Shown piece after piece: positions 58,872 to 64,000 of a DNA stretch of 64,000 nucleotides (its first letter is position 1; every line of letters begins with the position of its first letter). Source of the stretch: the human T2T-CHM13v2.0 reference genome, Homo sapiens. The stretch lies in assembly GCF_009914755.1 (NCBI RefSeq), contig NC_060930.1. One strand, given 5' to 3'. Made by a program: the position numbers and the translations under genes. Under the pieces are notes generated by a model. It made no database searches. It was not told the origin of the DNA and saw nothing but the letters and a program-made list of their open reading frames with translations.

Positions 58872-61478
58872 CTAGGGTAGGCTAGGAGAGCTTGATGGAG
58901 TTGGAGAAATTTTAAAGCAGTAGTTGGGGAGAAAAAGGATGGGAAGCTCAGGAGGCACATAGTATGCCCTCAGTATGTTATCCAGTGCCACACTGACTTC
59001 CACAAGAAAACCACACTCAAGACTAACTTGAAAAGTGCATAGAGGTCAGAAACTCAGCTTTGGGATAAAGCATTTTTTGTAAAGAATTAAGTGAATAAAA
59101 ATAAACATCTAAAATATTTCAACTGAAAGAAAAAATAGATTCCCCATTATTAGAGCCAATGGTTTAAATTCAGACATATGGAAAAATTTAATTTTCAATT
59201 CCAGGCTTTAAGCCTAATTCTGGAAGAAAACCCATTAAAGTAATGAAGTAATAAAACAATTGAACAATAAATCTTGATTTTGTAGAGAACAGAACAAATG
59301 CTTGGAGATACGTCATCATTTTCATGCTTGTGGATTCATACAGACACCAGCATCTTTGCCTAAAAGTTACAAGGCTGTGGTTTGTAGCCGACCTCAGAGT
59401 AGGAGTGGGTAGGAATTTACAGGATGTTATTCTTCCAAGAAGAGTTGGGAGCATTTTTGGGGGATGTAGAAACTTAAAACAATCCAGGTGTTGAAGTAGT
59501 TAAGGGACTCTTTTTCTGGAAAAATAATTAGTTCTCAAACCTGTTTAATTTGAATATTCAATAGAGCTATCACCAGGAACCAAAGGAAATGAAAATGAGG
59601 GACAAATATGGTTCCTACCCTTCACGGGCTTATCACAGAATGCTTTGACTTTCACACAAATGTTTTACATCATTTCATTACCTTTACTCCAGCACATTCC
59701 AATTAGCCTCCTGGCAAGCAAGTAAATTGCAGCTTTCACAGACTTTTTTTCTTTTTAAATTTTGTTTTTGGAGTTGTGGAGACTGTGCTGCAAATTTTGC
59801 TCTTGATAAATGACATTGAAATGTTTTTAATGCCCCGAGATAATGAATGGGAATCTTAATAGTCTTCTAATTAAAATGAAAAATAGAAAAGTCATGAGTG
59901 GACATTTTAGGAGTGTAGTTCTGTTGTTTCTTGTTTTGGAATTTGTGGATACACTAAGTGTAATTTGTAATTAAAAACAATTGGGAAACAAGCATCTACT
60001 TTGAGCTAATTTTGTTCTTCTTAATGTTTCTAATCTCAGCTGTCTTCACTTATAGGACAATATCTGAGCTTACCTGGAGCCACATTTATAAAACATTATT
60101 TTCATAAGTTCAATTATATTAGTTATTATCACATGCATTTCCAGTGAGCTGTGTATGTGGCATTTTTTGGTTTTCTTAGTTGCTAGACTCTGGATTTTTA
60201 AGATAATTGATTTAACAACTTTTCAGGGAGCATAAATAAACTGTTAAATGTTCATGTTAATTATAAGCTACATCCTGATTTCAGGTATGTTTTTAAAACA
60301 CTGTGTATCTTAAAAAAACGAAACCTGATAGAATTGCAGTGATCTGGCCAGGACTCGTCAAGCAGTTAAATATATTAAGGCCCCTGGTTTCATGCACTGT
60401 ACAACACTCATAATGGGTGTTGATTATATGCTTGGTAACTAGTGGCTTACAGAAAGCAGGACTATGGGCTTTTTGTATTTTGAATTTAAAATAAATATTG
60501 TATCTTTTGGGTGTTAACAGAGGCATTTTTGAGTTGAAGGGTATGAAACAATTATTATCTTTATGGTGAGTTACTATTTGCAGATAAGTTAATGGCTTCC
60601 TGTGCAAATAACTGTGGAGTCAGCATACCTAAGACTTGAGTTTTCTCTAAAGAAAAAAACATTGTATCTATAGATACCTCTTCAGGGTCATTACACAAAC
60701 TTCAAAGTATTAATGCTCATGAAAAGACCTCTATTTTGAATTTTTTCTATAAGTAACAGTTTTGCCATAAAATGGCCAGATCATTGTATGTAACTCATGA
60801 CTTTTTTTAAAAAAAAAAGCTAGTGTAACACATGACACACACAGCCACACCTTTTGAGAGGGAGAGAGAAACAGCATTGTGTCTTTTGAGCCGTTCTGAC
60901 GTGGATGAACTCTGGTTTCTCCAGCAGTAGCTGTGGTGGCAATGTGGAATATAAATGGCTTATTACTGTAATTAACGTGGCTCAGTTGGTCCCTTTTTTT
61001 TTTCTGTTTTTTTGGTTCACTAGGGTCTTCTTCTTGTCCTTTTCTGTGATCATTCATCCTTCACAAGAGTACAGACATGGCCCCTGGACAGGAGAGCAGA
61101 CCTTCCTTTCCTTGGTTTGTTTATACCCTTGCTTTCATATCAGAGTTTAGATAAAAATCTCTTATTTAATTATTTTTAGTTGGCTTCACATGTTTGGAGT
61201 TCTAGGTTGTTCTCATTTTGAAATATTCTCTGTTAGAAGTTAGATACCTTGTGAATAAGAGTTGACCCATTGTGCTCTAAGTGGATGTATTGTTTTAAAA
61301 ATCTAAAGTTTGGAAAGGGTGAAATCAAATATAAAAAACTTATTCCTCAAGTACAGTCACTGCTAACAGTTGCTATATTTGTCTTGTCTCCAACTTATTT
61401 CTTTTCTAAAGCATCTATTGAACCTTGGTCTGAAAAATGACATTAGCATCCTTTATTCATTTCTTCTACCCTATGACT

Positions 61479-61581
61479 AAGATGTCAAACTAGTCCTGGT
61501 TTACACAGGACTTTCCCAGTTTTAGCTCTGAAAGTCCCATATGCGGGAACCCCCTTGGTCCCAAGAGGGTCTGTCACCCTA
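61479..61581. mobile_element. MER81-like hAT-Blackjack MITE
   Basis: GTCCTGGTTT...GGACTTTCCCAGTTTTAGC...TGAAAGTCCC...GTCACCCTA terminus. Confidence 0.8.
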
Positions 61582-61899
61582 CTCATGACCTCCCAATTAG
61601 CTAGACTCTGCCTATTACAGTGTCACAGTTAATACACTTATTTCTTATTTCTATAGCCAAACTATGAATATGTTTTTTGTTTTGTCTCTGAGTGGCTTCT
61701 GAAAACCTAAAGCCATTATGCAAATATTATTCACTGCGGAGCCGAGTAATAGAATTAGATCCATAGAGAAAGAACTCCCATCGTGGGTCATGAAATTTTG
61801 CCACTTGAAGGAGATTTTCCCAGTAGCTTCACTTCTTTATAGACATTTCTCTGCTTTGGGGTTATATTTAGCTTTTACTGTTTTTTGTTTGTTTGTTTG

Positions 61900-62750
61900 T
61901 TTTTGGGTTTTTTTTTTTACTTTTTTAATTTCATGTCATCCTCTTCCTTAGATTCCTTTTTTCATTTGGTAGGCTCCTCCCTTTGAGTAACTTTTGATGT
62001 ATAATATGCATAGATGGTAAGCACTGTTATTGCATGTTTGAAAATGTCTGATTTTGCTTTCACACTTGATTATTTCAGTCTAGATTCAAAATTATTGTTT
62101 CTGAACTTTGAAGGCATTGCACCTCTGATACCTACAATCTAGTGTAGCCAATAAGTCTGATGTTAGACTTACGACATAGTTGATTGTGTGTGTGAGTGTG
62201 TGTGTGTCTTTTTACCTCTTTGAACCATATAGGACTTTTTGCTTTATCCTTAGTTCTAAAATTTCACCACTATCTTTTTGTCATCGGTCCTTTTATTTTT
62301 GAGCTTTACTATCTGAAGTCTTCTCTAGCTTAGGATATTTTCTCCCCACTAATATTAATGTATCTTCACCTAGAAATCGAGTAGGTGGATTTTAGGCCTC
62401 TTGAAAGCGATTCTTTATTATTTTCCTTCTCTTTGTTTTTTATTGTATGTATTAGAGATTTCCTTGGCTTAAATTTTCCAGCCTACTGAATGAGGGCTTA
62501 GCCATATAAATGCTATCATTTAGTCCATTAGATTTATATTTTGGCACTTACTTGTTTAAAATCTGAGCGCTTTCTCATTCTTGTTATTCTTTCCAGGAAA
62601 GGAGAGTGAATATCTATGGATATTGCCCTGGCCCTTAAGAAGGTATTGTTCTTCAAAGATGATCTTCTTGGATTGCTTAGAATTTTTATTTTCCAGCATC
62701 AGAAGCACATACTGAATTTATTAAATTTTAGATAGAATGTATTTCTGTTT
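61900..62750 (-). mobile_element. Old L1M fragment
   Basis: T-rich; TTGAAAATGTC...TTTGAAGGCATTGC...AAGTCTGATG pattern. Confidence 0.6.
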
Positions 62751-63829
62751 TCCACCAAGGCCGCAGCTCCGGCTAAGTTAGGTGTCTTATGGCTCCCTGG
62801 AATAATTTAGTCTTTCCTACCTCCTGTGCTCTCATGTCGTTTTTTAATGTGTTTCCTTCCATCTCCCAAGTCTTCTGTAAAAGCTAGTCCAATTGCCCTC
62901 CTTCCACCTCAAGTACACAGAAGGTTCTGGAACACCACCCCTCCCCCTACCACTCAGCCAGAAGCTGATTTTTTCCTAACATTCATTGACCCTTGCTTGA
63001 ACCTTTCTTCTCATTGCCCCTCCCTCTCTTGCCAGGGTCACTCCTGCTAGTGTAGAATTTCTGAAATGAAGGTAAATAAAGGTGTCAAGAGGACAAGAAA
63101 ATTCCCAAACATGAGAGGGAGAGGATGGAGAGTTCTGGGGGCAGGTAGAAGCCCCCTTGCCAGGTACCCCTTGTGTAACAATTGCTGTTCAGTGGTGGGG
63201 AGCTTACATTTCTGCCTCTTACCTAAAAACTTAATTAAACTGAAACTTAATTTCTCAAATTATTTTATGTTCCAAAAATCAGTTCTAAGTCAAAACTGGT
63301 GAATAGATGACCAAAATAGAAGCTATTAGAATTCTCTTTATATAGCAGGGAATAGAATTATATAACCTGGATGCATTCCTGAAATTTCTTTGTGGTTTGG
63401 CTTCAGTAAATTACTACTTTACCTACAGCTTTAAAAGTATATTTAGACTTAAGTTTAAAGAGTGATAACCACATGTGTAAACATCATTGAATACCATTCT
63501 TTTAATGAGTGGGGAATGTTATTTATATTCTGTCTTCACTTCCTCTGGAAAGCCCATTTCTTTTGGGAAGGCTTTAACTTATATTGTACTCACCTTAGAA
63601 AGTGAAAAGAATTCACTTTAGTATATTTTAACCCAGCCACAAAATTTTCACTGTTGCTGCTGAGAACCGCTTGGCCCCAATCTCTGAGTACAGTGTTTTA
63701 AAATTGAACTGTCTTAAAATAGCAAGACAATATATATGCCACTAGAATAGAGGATGGGTATGTTTAAGGGATTCAAATAACCCTTATTAATGCATTAATT
63801 TTTAAAAATGCTATATATTTCTCTATTTT

Positions 63830-64000
63830 TCTTTTTTAATTTTTAAGAAATTGACAATGAACATATTCATGGAATACATAATGATGTTCATCATCTGCAA
63901 CATTTATCATTTTTTTGTGTTTGGAATATTCAGTATCCTTCTAGCTATTTGGAACTACGTATTATTGTTAATTACAGTCATCCTCTGGTGATCTAGAACA
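63830..64000 (-). mobile_element. L1MA-like 3' end
   Basis: CATTTATCATTTTTTTGTGTT...TCTAGCTATTT...TTATTGTTAATTACAGTCATCCT. Confidence 0.75.

Overview
Human-like (primate) euchromatic genomic DNA, rich in repeats. It holds 21 Alus (J/S/Y), MIR, L2 and L1M fragments, two MaLR LTRs, several DNA-transposon fossils (Tigger3, MER2, MER46C, MER63, MER58, MER81) and microsatellites. The one clear gene landmark is a CpG-island promoter (~24.2-25.5 kb) with a + strand, probably non-coding first exon ending at a strong donor (CCGG|GTAAGC, 24527/24528). Everything downstream appears to be first intron, more than 39 kb. From memory the exon resembles the 5' UTR of LRRC8C (VRAC subunit), which has a divergent lncRNA upstream; this identification is unverified. 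No credible protein-coding exon was found, and the supplied ORFs are Alu-, microsatellite- or GC-derived noise. I found no evidence of a wholly novel biological system. The best leads are regulatory or evolutionary: a candidate 77-nt cassette exon that extends the exon-1 ATG frame, a kB/AP-1/ARE enhancer cluster, a tandem HRE pair, a kB-rich MER81, a young 5'-truncated AluYe5-like copy with clustered G>A changes, and an old local MIR duplication. Repeat family names are pattern recognition, not database hits, and boundaries of old elements are approximate.
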